Shown here piece by piece: positions 1 through 8,875 of a stretch of DNA of 64,000 nt (positions are counted from its first letter, which is position 1; every line of letters starts with the position of its first letter). The notes beneath the pieces were generated by a model. It made no database searches. It was given only the letters and a program-made list of their open reading frames with translations, and was not told where the DNA came from. Source of the DNA: a virus; IMG/VR virus record IMGVR_UViG_3300012928_003129, positions 1-64,000 of that record; one strand, written 5' to 3'. A program made the translations under genes and the position numbers.

Positions 1-376
1 CGGAATCATTAGATAAATCCAGCCAACCATCAAAACCAAAACGTGCCCGTAAAGACTTCAATGATTTCAGGTACTTACGCTACCTACACAGGGGGAAAGG
101 TAGCGACAGCGTATACCTATCCACACCTATACCGACATGTAGGCATGCTTTTTTTAAACTTTTTTTCTTTTTTTTTCGTTTTTTTTCATTTTATTTTAAT
201 GTAGGTAAGGGTACTACTACCCCCCCTCCCCCCATACACGTAGCCGAATGTAAGTCTTATACTACATGTAGGGAGATGTGCGCGGGCAGATACACGCGTG
301 ATACCCCGGGAAATTTTCCGAGATTTGAAAATAGGGGTATAAAAAAACACCCAAAAAAATTTTCACAGCTTTTTTG
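1..376. other. Non-coding structured region (hairpins, phased T/A tracts, C-run); candidate genome end, pac or origin region
   Basis: No credible ORF. Inverted repeats CGCTACCT..AGGTAGCG (~78-105) and ATACCCC..GGGGTAT (301-340). T-runs about 10 bp apart at 149-197 and a C-rich run at 220-233. Confidence 0.5.
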
Positions 377-384
377 ACTAGTTA
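377..384 (+). promoter_or_regulatory. ACTAnTTA putative late promoter (other copies at 801, 1217, 2951, 4662, 8844, 12720, 13916, 15440, 15651, 21006, 21448, 23382, 24256, 60045; variants at 29109, 47497, 60492)
   Basis: The same 8-mer recurs in short intergenic gaps or at gene ends, upstream of + strand starts. Confidence 0.75.
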
Positions 385-389
385 TAAAC

Positions 390-800
390 ATGCCTACAAT
401 AAAAGTCGGGGACAAATCCTTAAAAGTAAGTTTAGCTATAACACCAGAGCAGCAAAAGCGCGGGTTAATGAATATACAAGGCATGCCACCAGTAGTACTA
501 CCAGAAGATCAAGGCATGTTGTTTGTTTATAGAAGAGAAGAAATGATAAGCTTTTGGATGAAAAACACTACCATACCACTTTCGATTGCATTTATTGATA
601 AAAAAGGTGTCATTAAAGAAATAAAAGATATGGAACCAGGGTCAAGAGCCAGTGTAAGGCCGGAGAGACCTGCGCAGTACGCTTTAGAAGTAAATCGTGG
701 GTGGTTTACCAAGAATGACGTTAGAGTGGGCGACAAGGTTAAGCTTGACTTTCGTCGTGTAAATATATCTATCCAGCCAAAGCAGTACCCTGATCAATAA
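390..800 (+). CDS. DUF192 family protein
   Basis: Motifs QQKRGLM, GMLFVY, FWMKNTTIPLSIAFID and YALEVNRGW are typical of DUF192. Confidence 0.9.
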   Translation: MPTIKVGDKSLKVSLAITPEQQKRGLMNIQGMPPVVLPEDQGMLFVYRREEMISFWMKNTTIPLSIAFIDKKGVIKEIKDMEPGSRASVRPERPAQYALEVNRGWFTKNDVRVGDKVKLDFRRVNISIQPKQYPDQ

Positions 801-824
801 ACTACTTAGTGTGGAGGGGCGCAC

Positions 825-1169
825 ATGGATAATCCACAGCAAATTATTGAAACCACCGAGACTATTATAACGGATATGATAGGGCATTATGGCTGGATGT
901 TTATTGCAGCCTTCGCTGTACTCCTTTTTAAGAACGTTGTATCAAATGTTTTAGATGGTTTATTGTTTATGTTTGGTCACGACTTTGATGTTGATGATAT
1001 CGTTTATATAAAAGGTACCCAACGCGCAAGAATTATTCGACAAACCCCCACCAAAACAGTGTTTCACATGATTGATACTGATCGTAAGTTAATTGTTCCT
1101 AATACCGACCTTTATGCAATGCGTATAGAAAAGCCTATGCCGGGCTCCAACGAAGGAAAAGATATCTAA
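825..1169 (+). CDS. Small membrane protein with MscS-like TM3/beta-domain
   Basis: Hydrophobic segment followed by FDVDDIVYI...LIVPN; SD GGAGG. Confidence 0.55.
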   Translation: MDNPQQIIETTETIITDMIGHYGWMFIAAFAVLLFKNVVSNVLDGLLFMFGHDFDVDDIVYIKGTQRARIIRQTPTKTVFHMIDTDRKLIVPNTDLYAMRIEKPMPGSNEGKDI

Positions 1170-1279
1170 TTTTGGTCGATTATATGTTATAATACGTAAG
1201 AGCTATACATTTTAGGACTAGTTATATTAGTTTGCATAAAAATACCGCGAAAAAAAATTGCGGTCTTGGAGAAATGACG

Positions 1280-1573
1280 ATGAACAAGATACTTGAAGAA
1301 TATATCTTAAAAAATACCCGCGAAAAATTTGAAGAAACCCCATTCGGGCAGCTTGTGGCCGATGAGGTTAACAAAGCTGTGGCTGAAATACCCGAAATTA
1401 AACTTGCTTTGGAATATTTATCTGAACAAGAAGACCCTGAACTCGCACAAGACACCGCTGATCTTGGTAGAAAGTATGCAACATACGCTTTAAACCGGGT
1501 GCGAGATGAATTGGCATCACAATTAGAGAAAATTGTTACTGATGTTTTGAAAGAAATAGAACGAGCACCATGA
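1280..1573 (+). CDS. Hypothetical protein
   Basis: ORF with SD GGAG 8 nt before ATG 1280. Confidence 0.7.
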   Translation: MNKILEEYILKNTREKFEETPFGQLVADEVNKAVAEIPEIKLALEYLSEQEDPELAQDTADLGRKYATYALNRVRDELASQLEKIVTDVLKEIERAP

Positions 1574-1995
1574 AGTATCTAATTTTCTTACTATTTTTTC
1601 TTGCTTGCGGCCCACATCATAAAAATCAAGCTGAAATTATCGTTACATATGACGGAATAGTCGAAGCACACCACCACCCAGACTATAATACAGAGGCAGA
1701 ATTCAAAAATGCCCTTAATGATAACAAGCATCCTGACTTTATCATCTTTTCTTCACCTTATTGTGGCGCCTGTACTGACTTAAAACACATTTTAAACAAT
1801 TTAGGTTGGCGTGACAAGGTAATTGTGTTAAATTTTCATGAAGAATGGGTGAATTTCATCGCTCAACACATTGGAATTAACGCTGTGCCTGCTATGATTA
1901 TAGATAAAGACGGCGGAGAAACAATCTCTCAGATTTATATTGGCTCTGGAGAGATAGGAAAACAACTTTTTGAACACTTGGAGACTAAAAAATGA
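1570..1995 (+). CDS. Thioredoxin-fold lipoprotein
   Basis: Lipobox-like FFLAC, a CGAC CxxC motif and AVPAMI cis-Pro loop. Confidence 0.7.
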   Translation: MKYLIFLLFFLACGPHHKNQAEIIVTYDGIVEAHHHPDYNTEAEFKNALNDNKHPDFIIFSSPYCGACTDLKHILNNLGWRDKVIVLNFHEEWVNFIAQHIGINAVPAMIIDKDGGETISQIYIGSGEIGKQLFEHLETKK

Positions 1996-2495
1996 AAGAA
2001 ATGAAGTTAATAATGGAAAATTTTCGCAAAAATATGACAGAAATGTTTAAAGGAAGAGAGTTAACCGACGATGAACTAGAAAAAATGGACCCGACGATGC
2101 GTGGATTCATCGAAAAGTCTAGAAAATCTAGGCAAGATTTTGTTACATATGACGATGCGCTTGAGGCAGAGAAAGAACAGCTTATAAATAACCCACAGAC
2201 CGCTGATGAGCAAGCAATGGGCGCAGTAATCACCAGATTAGAGAATGAATTTGGAGAAGACTTGGTTAGAGCCATGCATGAAATGCCGTATGAAGACCAA
2301 GAGACGGCTATTCAGAATTATTTTGAGGACGATCACCCAGAAGAAGCTCGAGCAAAGCGTAAGCATATTGAAAAAATAAGAAAATTGCTTAGAATTTCTG
2401 ATCCCGACGAAGATTACAAGCAAGATGATGAAATGGAGGCTTCTGATATGGATGACCCTCCCGGATATATGCCAGGACAGGGAGGAAATTACTAA
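1992..2495 (+). CDS. Acidic hypothetical protein with MKLIMEN-type leader
   Basis: N-terminus MKLIMENFRK matches MKLIMENWKR of ORF 21037. Confidence 0.75.
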   Translation: MKEMKLIMENFRKNMTEMFKGRELTDDELEKMDPTMRGFIEKSRKSRQDFVTYDDALEAEKEQLINNPQTADEQAMGAVITRLENEFGEDLVRAMHEMPYEDQETAIQNYFEDDHPEEARAKRKHIEKIRKLLRISDPDEDYKQDDEMEASDMDDPPGYMPGQGGNY

Positions 2496-2500
2496 AAATC

Positions 2501-2719
2501 ATGTGTATTATTTGCTTAGACATTGAAAAAAACAAAATTACTTCAAAAGATGCTCAATGGGCCTTGATTGAAATGGCAAACGAGCTTGATGAAGAGCATT
2601 ATTATGAAGTTTTAGAAAAAATTGAACACTTAGAAGCAAAAGATGACTTTAAAAGACTTTTAAACGACGCCAAAGTGGAGGATTTTCACGCGCCTCGTGA
2701 TCGGAGGGCCCATGAGTGA
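2501..2719 (+). CDS. Hypothetical protein (N-terminal CxxC)
   Basis: ORF beginning MCIIC, in operon context. Confidence 0.7.
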   Translation: MCIICLDIEKNKITSKDAQWALIEMANELDEEHYYEVLEKIEHLEAKDDFKRLLNDAKVEDFHAPRDRRAHE

Positions 2720-2946
2720 AAAAAATTGTAATTTTTGCATTAATTTTGCCTTTTTTAGCGAATGCTAACTCTCCAAAAACAAAATTTTATGATTTTGATG
2801 ATCTTTTGATCAATGGTGAGTATAAAAAACCTCAAGTCATGTACAATGATGTGCAAGCGAAAGTTAAGTTTGAAAGATTATTTAAAATCAAGAAAAATTT
2901 CCTTCCAAAGCTGCAAGGAACAAAAAGAGATACCTCTTTAAGATAA
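2716..2946 (+). CDS. Secreted GltF/CglF-like (adventurous gliding motility) small protein
   Basis: Signal peptide ending ANA, then YDFDDLLINGEYKKP...FERLFKIKKNF, resembling the GltF-family pattern as I recall it. Confidence 0.65.
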   Translation: MKKIVIFALILPFLANANSPKTKFYDFDDLLINGEYKKPQVMYNDVQAKVKFERLFKIKKNFLPKLQGTKRDTSLR

Positions 2947-2989
2947 TAAAACTAGTTATAGATACATATATTCAAGGAGTCCTTACACT

Positions 2990-4633
2990 ATGTCCGTTAA
3001 ATTTACTAAAAATCAGATAAAAAACATTATACTAGAAGAACACAGAAAGCTTTTATTAGAAATAAACCTCTCTAGTATTAAGACCGTAGTCAAAGCTTTG
3101 AGCGGTTCGGATACGCTAGCGACGAAGCTTACACAGGTGTCGACTTTATCTAAGATGTTAGGTAAAGCTGAAATTGATAAGATGGTCAAAATCATTAAGG
3201 GAAGCGATAACACTGCTTTAGCTTCAAAGGCCTTTGTCAGAGAGTTAGATAATCTTATAAAATCAATAGATGATCTTTTAAAAAGTAAAAACTTGGATGA
3301 TGCTAGTAAAAAAATATTGGAAGCAGCCAAGAAGAATGCCGCAGCTGCCAGAAAAGCTGCAGAAGACGCTGGTCAAACGGCTTTGGCTATACCTAAGAAA
3401 GGGACGACTAGTTTGGCGGTCCAGACGGGCAAAGGTGGTGCAAAACAAGCAGCTAAGATGCCGAAGAAGCAACGTCTTCTGGCCGTCGCCGCGCTTCTAG
3501 GCACAGCTGGACTGGTAACTTATCTTATTAGTTTGCTTAGTTCAACTGATGAGGCTCTTGCCGGGCCAAAAAGATGTTTAGAGCAATTAGCTAAAGCTGC
3601 AGGCTTTGTCGACTCAAGCGGAAATCCTGATCCGAAGGCCATGGCACAGGCTCTGAAAAAACCGGATGTGTACGCAGCTATAATGAATGCAGGAGCACTA
3701 AAAGCTTATGTTCAAAACGGTGTTCTAGATCAACAATGTGTGGCTATTTTGCAAGCATATTTACCTGCACCGCCTGCACCTGGTCCAACACCTGGTCCTG
3801 GTGGTCCGAATTATAAAGCACAGCAGCAAAGCCAATTTGGCCGTTGTCGCACTTATGCAATTATGGTTACCAAGGGCCCCAAGAATATGGCAAAGGCTTT
3901 TGTAAAGGATATGAAGCACCTTCAAAGAACATTGGTTGAACTTGGATACAATTTGGGAACTTTCGGTCCCAATGGCGACGGCGTAGACGGAGATTACGGT
4001 AGAGCTGGATCTTTGACGAGAAAAGCCATAATAGCTTTGCAAAAATCAGTTGGCCTAAAAGGCAGAAAAGCTGATGGTGTTTGGGGCAAAGGTACAAGTA
4101 CTGCTATAGAGGCTTCAGTTAAAGCCACCCAATCGAATAAGATTTATGATGCAATAAAGAAGACTCTAGTTGGTCCTCCTTCAAAGTGTGCCGGCACGCA
4201 AACAGGCGGTCAGGATGCTGAAACTGGAAATGTCGATACACAGCAGGCTATTCGAGCTTATATGACTGCTTATAACATAATAAGAGGCAAGATACTTAGA
4301 AACCTTGAAGCTAAAAATGTTCAAGCACGAAAAGGTAGGATAGCAACGACACTAATTAGTCCATTTCTTCCTCCTTTAAGAGCCCGTACAGGTTTTTACG
4401 CATTCGATGGCCAAAGCTACAGCACAAGTAATCCGAAGCTAGGGCAATTGCTAATGACTAAACTTAAGGATTTGAAGAATAATGCAGCTAAAGCAGAACA
4501 ATCACTTGGGCTTAAGGGCGGCGAAGTAACAAGAATTATAAGCAGAGTAGGTGATGAATTCTTAGAAAGCGTTCTACAAGAATCAAAATCCTATAATTTG
4601 GACTTTAGTAAGTATTCTAAGCTCTGGGATTAA
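2990..4633 (+). CDS. Late protein with TM segment and peptidoglycan-binding (PG_binding_1-like) domain
   Basis: LQRTLVELGY..GVDGDYG..TRKAIIALQ..ADGVWGKGT; Pro-rich linker; leader KNQIKNIILEE. Confidence 0.75.
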   Translation: MSVKFTKNQIKNIILEEHRKLLLEINLSSIKTVVKALSGSDTLATKLTQVSTLSKMLGKAEIDKMVKIIKGSDNTALASKAFVRELDNLIKSIDDLLKSKNLDDASKKILEAAKKNAAAARKAAEDAGQTALAIPKKGTTSLAVQTGKGGAKQAAKMPKKQRLLAVAALLGTAGLVTYLISLLSSTDEALAGPKRCLEQLAKAAGFVDSSGNPDPKAMAQALKKPDVYAAIMNAGALKAYVQNGVLDQQCVAILQAYLPAPPAPGPTPGPGGPNYKAQQQSQFGRCRTYAIMVTKGPKNMAKAFVKDMKHLQRTLVELGYNLGTFGPNGDGVDGDYGRAGSLTRKAIIALQKSVGLKGRKADGVWGKGTSTAIEASVKATQSNKIYDAIKKTLVGPPSKCAGTQTGGQDAETGNVDTQQAIRAYMTAYNIIRGKILRNLEAKNVQARKGRIATTLISPFLPPLRARTGFYAFDGQSYSTSNPKLGQLLMTKLKDLKNNAAKAEQSLGLKGGEVTRIISRVGDEFLESVLQESKSYNLDFSKYSKLWD

Positions 4634-4700
4634 CTTCTATTGTCAAACTACTAAAACAAAAACTACTTATATTGTATAATATGCAATATAGGTTTGTTTT

Positions 4701-7700
4701 ATGAAAAAAGTTGATCGCAAATTCCTCGAAGAACAAGTCAAAAAAGCTCTAAACGAGAAAGAAAAAGAAGAACAAAACTGGTTTATGAAAGCTTTAGCCG
4801 CGTCTGGTGAGGCCCACTCAGTTTCAGTTAAGGCACAGGCTGAGGCTGCCTACAAGATGGGTCCCATGATTTGGGAAATATTAAAGTCTTTACCTTTCGG
4901 CTCTCCACAGTCTTATGTTGATTTAATTAAGTGGGCTCAAGATACCGGGACCTACGGTATCGGCTCTCAGAAATATTACAAAAAAATAATAGATCTTCTC
5001 GGTCCGCTTCAAGATCCAGACGCCCGGGCACCTTGGGGCCAGCAAATGATAAGATTTGTAAATACTGCCCCAATTACTAAAGAAAATGCGTCCCAGATTA
5101 ATGTTGTTTTTAAAGAAGATCTTCAAAATGATTTTATAAAACTAAGAAATGATACAGCTAAGGCAATATATCTTGCAATTCAGGGTGGCAAAGATGTTGA
5201 AAAAGGCATATATGAAATACTGAGAGCGAAAACTTATGGATATGATCCGAATATTAGCGCCGAGGATGATTTCTTCAGCTCATGGTCACAAATTCGTGAT
5301 GCTTATGTTGGCCCTGAAGATGGTACTTTAGCTGATATAGCGGACGATTATAACTTTACAAAAACTTGGACAGATGGGCTTTGGGGCGCGCCCTTAAAAT
5401 TTGGCTTTATCAATTTGTTTAAAGACCCTAGACGATTTATGCAAAATGGAATGTACAAGGAATATAGCGAAGAGTTCGCAAAATTGCGTAATATGTCGCA
5501 AATCCAAGAAGCTGTTGAGAAGTTTATCATGATGCACTTTAATGGTCTTGAGGGCGCAAATTTCCCTCAAGCGTATCAAAGATTAATTGATAAAGCAGAA
5601 CTTCCTAGGATAGCAAAAGCAAAAGCAGCCTTTGAAACGTATAATGAATCTGGTCTTGCAGCATTGATTGGTGTTGCGGATATTTTAGTTTCTGTTCCTA
5701 CAACAGTAGTGTTTGTTGTAAGTATGTTGGGAGGGGTCACAATACCGGTTGGCTTGGCTGCAGCTACTGGTAAGAGAGCAGCTTTTTCTGCAGTTAGAAA
5801 ATCAGTACTTAAAAATACAACAAAGTTAAAAAATACAGCACAAAATGTACTAAAGGCTGAAAAATGGGGTATGACCATAAAAAGTATGGCATCTCTTAAG
5901 GCGCAATCTGGTCCATTAATCATGTTATTTGGCCAAATGGGTTGGGATGCTATTAAATCATATATAAACGACATCGATGACGAGTTTAAAAAATTCGTAG
6001 ATCTTTGTGAAGATCAGAGTGTTACTGCCGAGCAAAAGGCAGAATTTTATGATAATAATGTAAAACCCGCTTATGAGTATATTGCGCAGCAGCATGCAAG
6101 ATTATTTACTGCTGCTCAGTTTGATAAAGAAATCATTGTATCAAAAGTTGCTAAACCATCATACATTAGGAATTTATATATTAACTGTAAGCTATATGAA
6201 ATTCAAAAGATTAATGAAAATATTACTAAAGTCAACGCAGAAATGATGCAGCTCTCAGCCGCGATTCAAAAAATGTCTAAAGGTCTTGAAGATTTTGATG
6301 CAAATAACGCTAAGGTAGAACAAGCAATTAATAGAGCTGATGCGATATTAAATTCAGATACTAGTATGAAAATACCAGATCTAATCAAAACTCCGGTCGC
6401 TGTACCGAATATTGATAAACCAACGGCAAGTGACAAGCCTAAAAAAACAAATAATTTTGGTGGGGATGAAAAAACAAGCGATCAAATTTTAAAAAACATG
6501 CAAACATCATTTGGGTCAAATGAAAAAACAAGTAATCAAATTCTATCTGATATTGAAAATGCCCTGGGTGGTGCAATAAAAGAACAAGAAGAGACTCAAG
6601 TTATCTCTGTAAATCTTGGTTATAAAGATGCTTTGGAATATGCAAAAGGCACAGAAGGGTTTTCTCCCGAAACTACAAAAGCTAACATCGATAAGATAAA
6701 AAAATTAGTTCAAAGCAAAGGAAAACAAGTAAAATTTACTCCTGTTGCTGCTTTAACTGATGTCCCTGAGGGAGTCGACTCCAACAAGTTCAAAGAATTT
6801 GCAAAAGAAATAAATTCTCATATGCAAACCAAAAAAGTATCATCGATAACCAAGACCGCGCCCGCGGCGGGTGATAAACCGACTACTGATAAGGTTGATG
6901 CAACGCAACTTACCAAAGATGATATAATTATAGTTGGTGATAGTAATGCAGCTGCTCTAGCTTATTGGGGCAAACATAAAGGCAGGTCCAAATGGCCAGA
7001 AGATTATGTTAAGCACCCTAAATATGCAACGGGCGGAACTAGGATATATGTAGACTCAAAAACAAAAGAACCTCTAGAGCCTGCAATAGGGGCTGCCAAG
7101 ACCGGATATATATTGCAACGTTTGAAGATGTGGTACAAGGATAAGGGTGAGAACTATAGGCCTAGGATGGCCATTGTACATATGGGCTATAATGATAGAG
7201 AGCAGGCGCCGACGGAAGGGTTTGCAAATATACAAAAAACAGTTAACTTTTTGTCATCTAAGGGAGCGTCAGATATTAGAGTAGTCCTTCCAAAAGGTGA
7301 CCCAAGCCACAAAAAAAACGCAGATGTTGCAGAATGGATGTCAACATTATCAGATAGATTAGAAAATGAGCTTACAGGTGCAAAACTTATACCAAACAAT
7401 GGCCGATTTGGAAAAAAGAGCGATGGGTATCATTTTGTAAACAATCTTAAAATATACAATGATGCAATATCAGGTGTCACAGTAGCAGGATCGGCAAAAT
7501 CCAAACCTGCGACGAAAGCTGCAGTTACAAATCTCAGCAGTGGAGCTAAAAAGTATTATCCATTAATTAAAAGAGAGGCTGAAAAATTAGGATACCCCGT
7601 TTCAGTTGCAATGGGTGTTGCATACGCTGAATCTAATTTCCGTCCAAATTTAGTTTCTTCTGCAGGAGCAGTTGGGTTGATGCAACTAATGAAAGTAACC

Positions 7701-8852
7701 GCTAAAGATGTAGGTGTTCCCGTAGAAGATAGAGCAGACCCTGAAACCAATATTCGAGGCGCACTGACTTATATATCTAAAAATGTACCGCGTTATTTCC
7801 AAGGTGATATGAAACAATATAAAACAAAAATTCAATGGAGTGATTTGAATGAAGAACAAAAAATAAAATTTGGACTTTATGGGTTTCAGCAAGGTGTTAG
7901 AGGAGTTATCACTGGCATATCATATAGAAAGCAAAGAATGCACAAAGGTTTAGTTGCTTTTGATGATCCTGAAGAATTTCTAAGTTATATGAAAAATTGG
8001 TATATCAAAAGGTATAAATACGATTATGTAACGAAAATTTTAGACTATGCTAATCGAAATGGGGGAAGTTTTCAAGTTTCTGGCAACTCAGTACGACCCG
8101 CAAAACAGGGAAGGGCAAATACTACAGCTTCCAAAACAAAATCAGCATCAATAGAAAGTCAAATTCAACAAATGAGTCAAGCAAACAATCTAGGCAGCTT
8201 TGCTGCTGCTTACGCAGAATTGTTAGATATGTCTTTTGGTTCGTCCAGGAGAAACCTTAGCAAAATAATATCTGCAGAAAGACAACTTAACAGTTCTGAT
8301 ATTTCAAAATTTGTTAAAGATAGGACAGAATATCTAAAAACTATACATCGCAAGAAATTTAGCGCATGGAAACAAGAATATGAAAATGACATTAAAAACC
8401 CAAAAAATAAGGATGAAGCTGATAAGAAAATTGCTTTTTATCACCGGCCTGTTTTTTACGTAACTGCTTTTACTAGGTCTACTAAAAAATTCTTCTCTAA
8501 CACACCTCAAATAAGTTTTGCGTTTGAACCAACAGTTAATAGAATCGCAGTGTCCTATGCAGCACGAGAAGTTTTTTATCGTCAAGATATTATGGGAAAT
8601 CAAGTTTTTGATAGATTCTTGAAAGAACTTGGACTTTTCAAGAGAGCTATCAGTGCAACGGTGGCAAAAATTGACCCTATCATAGAAGCCAATCCAAATA
8701 GACAAGATATATTGAATGATGTAAAAAGTTATATCACTAAGCTTGATAATATAGTTAGCACTGTTTCGTCTGGCCTACAAGATACTAGCACATCAGCAAG
8801 CAGAAAGGCTTATTTAGTTTCTATTTTAAACCTCGCTATGCTAACTACTTAA
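4701..8852 (+). CDS. 1383-aa protein with SGNH hydrolase and SLT lytic transglycosylase domains
   Basis: SGNH blocks VGDSN, MGYND and DGYH; SLT motifs AESNF and GAVGLMQL. Confidence 0.8.
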   Translation: MKKVDRKFLEEQVKKALNEKEKEEQNWFMKALAASGEAHSVSVKAQAEAAYKMGPMIWEILKSLPFGSPQSYVDLIKWAQDTGTYGIGSQKYYKKIIDLLGPLQDPDARAPWGQQMIRFVNTAPITKENASQINVVFKEDLQNDFIKLRNDTAKAIYLAIQGGKDVEKGIYEILRAKTYGYDPNISAEDDFFSSWSQIRDAYVGPEDGTLADIADDYNFTKTWTDGLWGAPLKFGFINLFKDPRRFMQNGMYKEYSEEFAKLRNMSQIQEAVEKFIMMHFNGLEGANFPQAYQRLIDKAELPRIAKAKAAFETYNESGLAALIGVADILVSVPTTVVFVVSMLGGVTIPVGLAAATGKRAAFSAVRKSVLKNTTKLKNTAQNVLKAEKWGMTIKSMASLKAQSGPLIMLFGQMGWDAIKSYINDIDDEFKKFVDLCEDQSVTAEQKAEFYDNNVKPAYEYIAQQHARLFTAAQFDKEIIVSKVAKPSYIRNLYINCKLYEIQKINENITKVNAEMMQLSAAIQKMSKGLEDFDANNAKVEQAINRADAILNSDTSMKIPDLIKTPVAVPNIDKPTASDKPKKTNNFGGDEKTSDQILKNMQTSFGSNEKTSNQILSDIENALGGAIKEQEETQVISVNLGYKDALEYAKGTEGFSPETTKANIDKIKKLVQSKGKQVKFTPVAALTDVPEGVDSNKFKEFAKEINSHMQTKKVSSITKTAPAAGDKPTTDKVDATQLTKDDIIIVGDSNAAALAYWGKHKGRSKWPEDYVKHPKYATGGTRIYVDSKTKEPLEPAIGAAKTGYILQRLKMWYKDKGENYRPRMAIVHMGYNDREQAPTEGFANIQKTVNFLSSKGASDIRVVLPKGDPSHKKNADVAEWMSTLSDRLENELTGAKLIPNNGRFGKKSDGYHFVNNLKIYNDAISGVTVAGSAKSKPATKAAVTNLSSGAKKYYPLIKREAEKLGYPVSVAMGVAYAESNFRPNLVSSAGAVGLMQLMKVTAKDVGVPVEDRADPETNIRGALTYISKNVPRYFQGDMKQYKTKIQWSDLNEEQKIKFGLYGFQQGVRGVITGISYRKQRMHKGLVAFDDPEEFLSYMKNWYIKRYKYDYVTKILDYANRNGGSFQVSGNSVRPAKQGRANTTASKTKSASIESQIQQMSQANNLGSFAAAYAELLDMSFGSSRRNLSKIISAERQLNSSDISKFVKDRTEYLKTIHRKKFSAWKQEYENDIKNPKNKDEADKKIAFYHRPVFYVTAFTRSTKKFFSNTPQISFAFEPTVNRIAVSYAAREVFYRQDIMGNQVFDRFLKELGLFKRAISATVAKIDPIIEANPNRQDILNDVKSYITKLDNIVSTVSSGLQDTSTSASRKAYLVSILNLAMLTT
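6456..6545 (+). repeat. 54-bp in-frame tandem duplication (FG.xEKTSxQIL x2)
   Basis: FGGDEKTSDQIL and FGSNEKTSNQIL; DNA copies start at 6456 and 6510. Confidence 0.7.
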
Positions 8853-8875
8853 TATAATAATGGAATTATTTTAAT

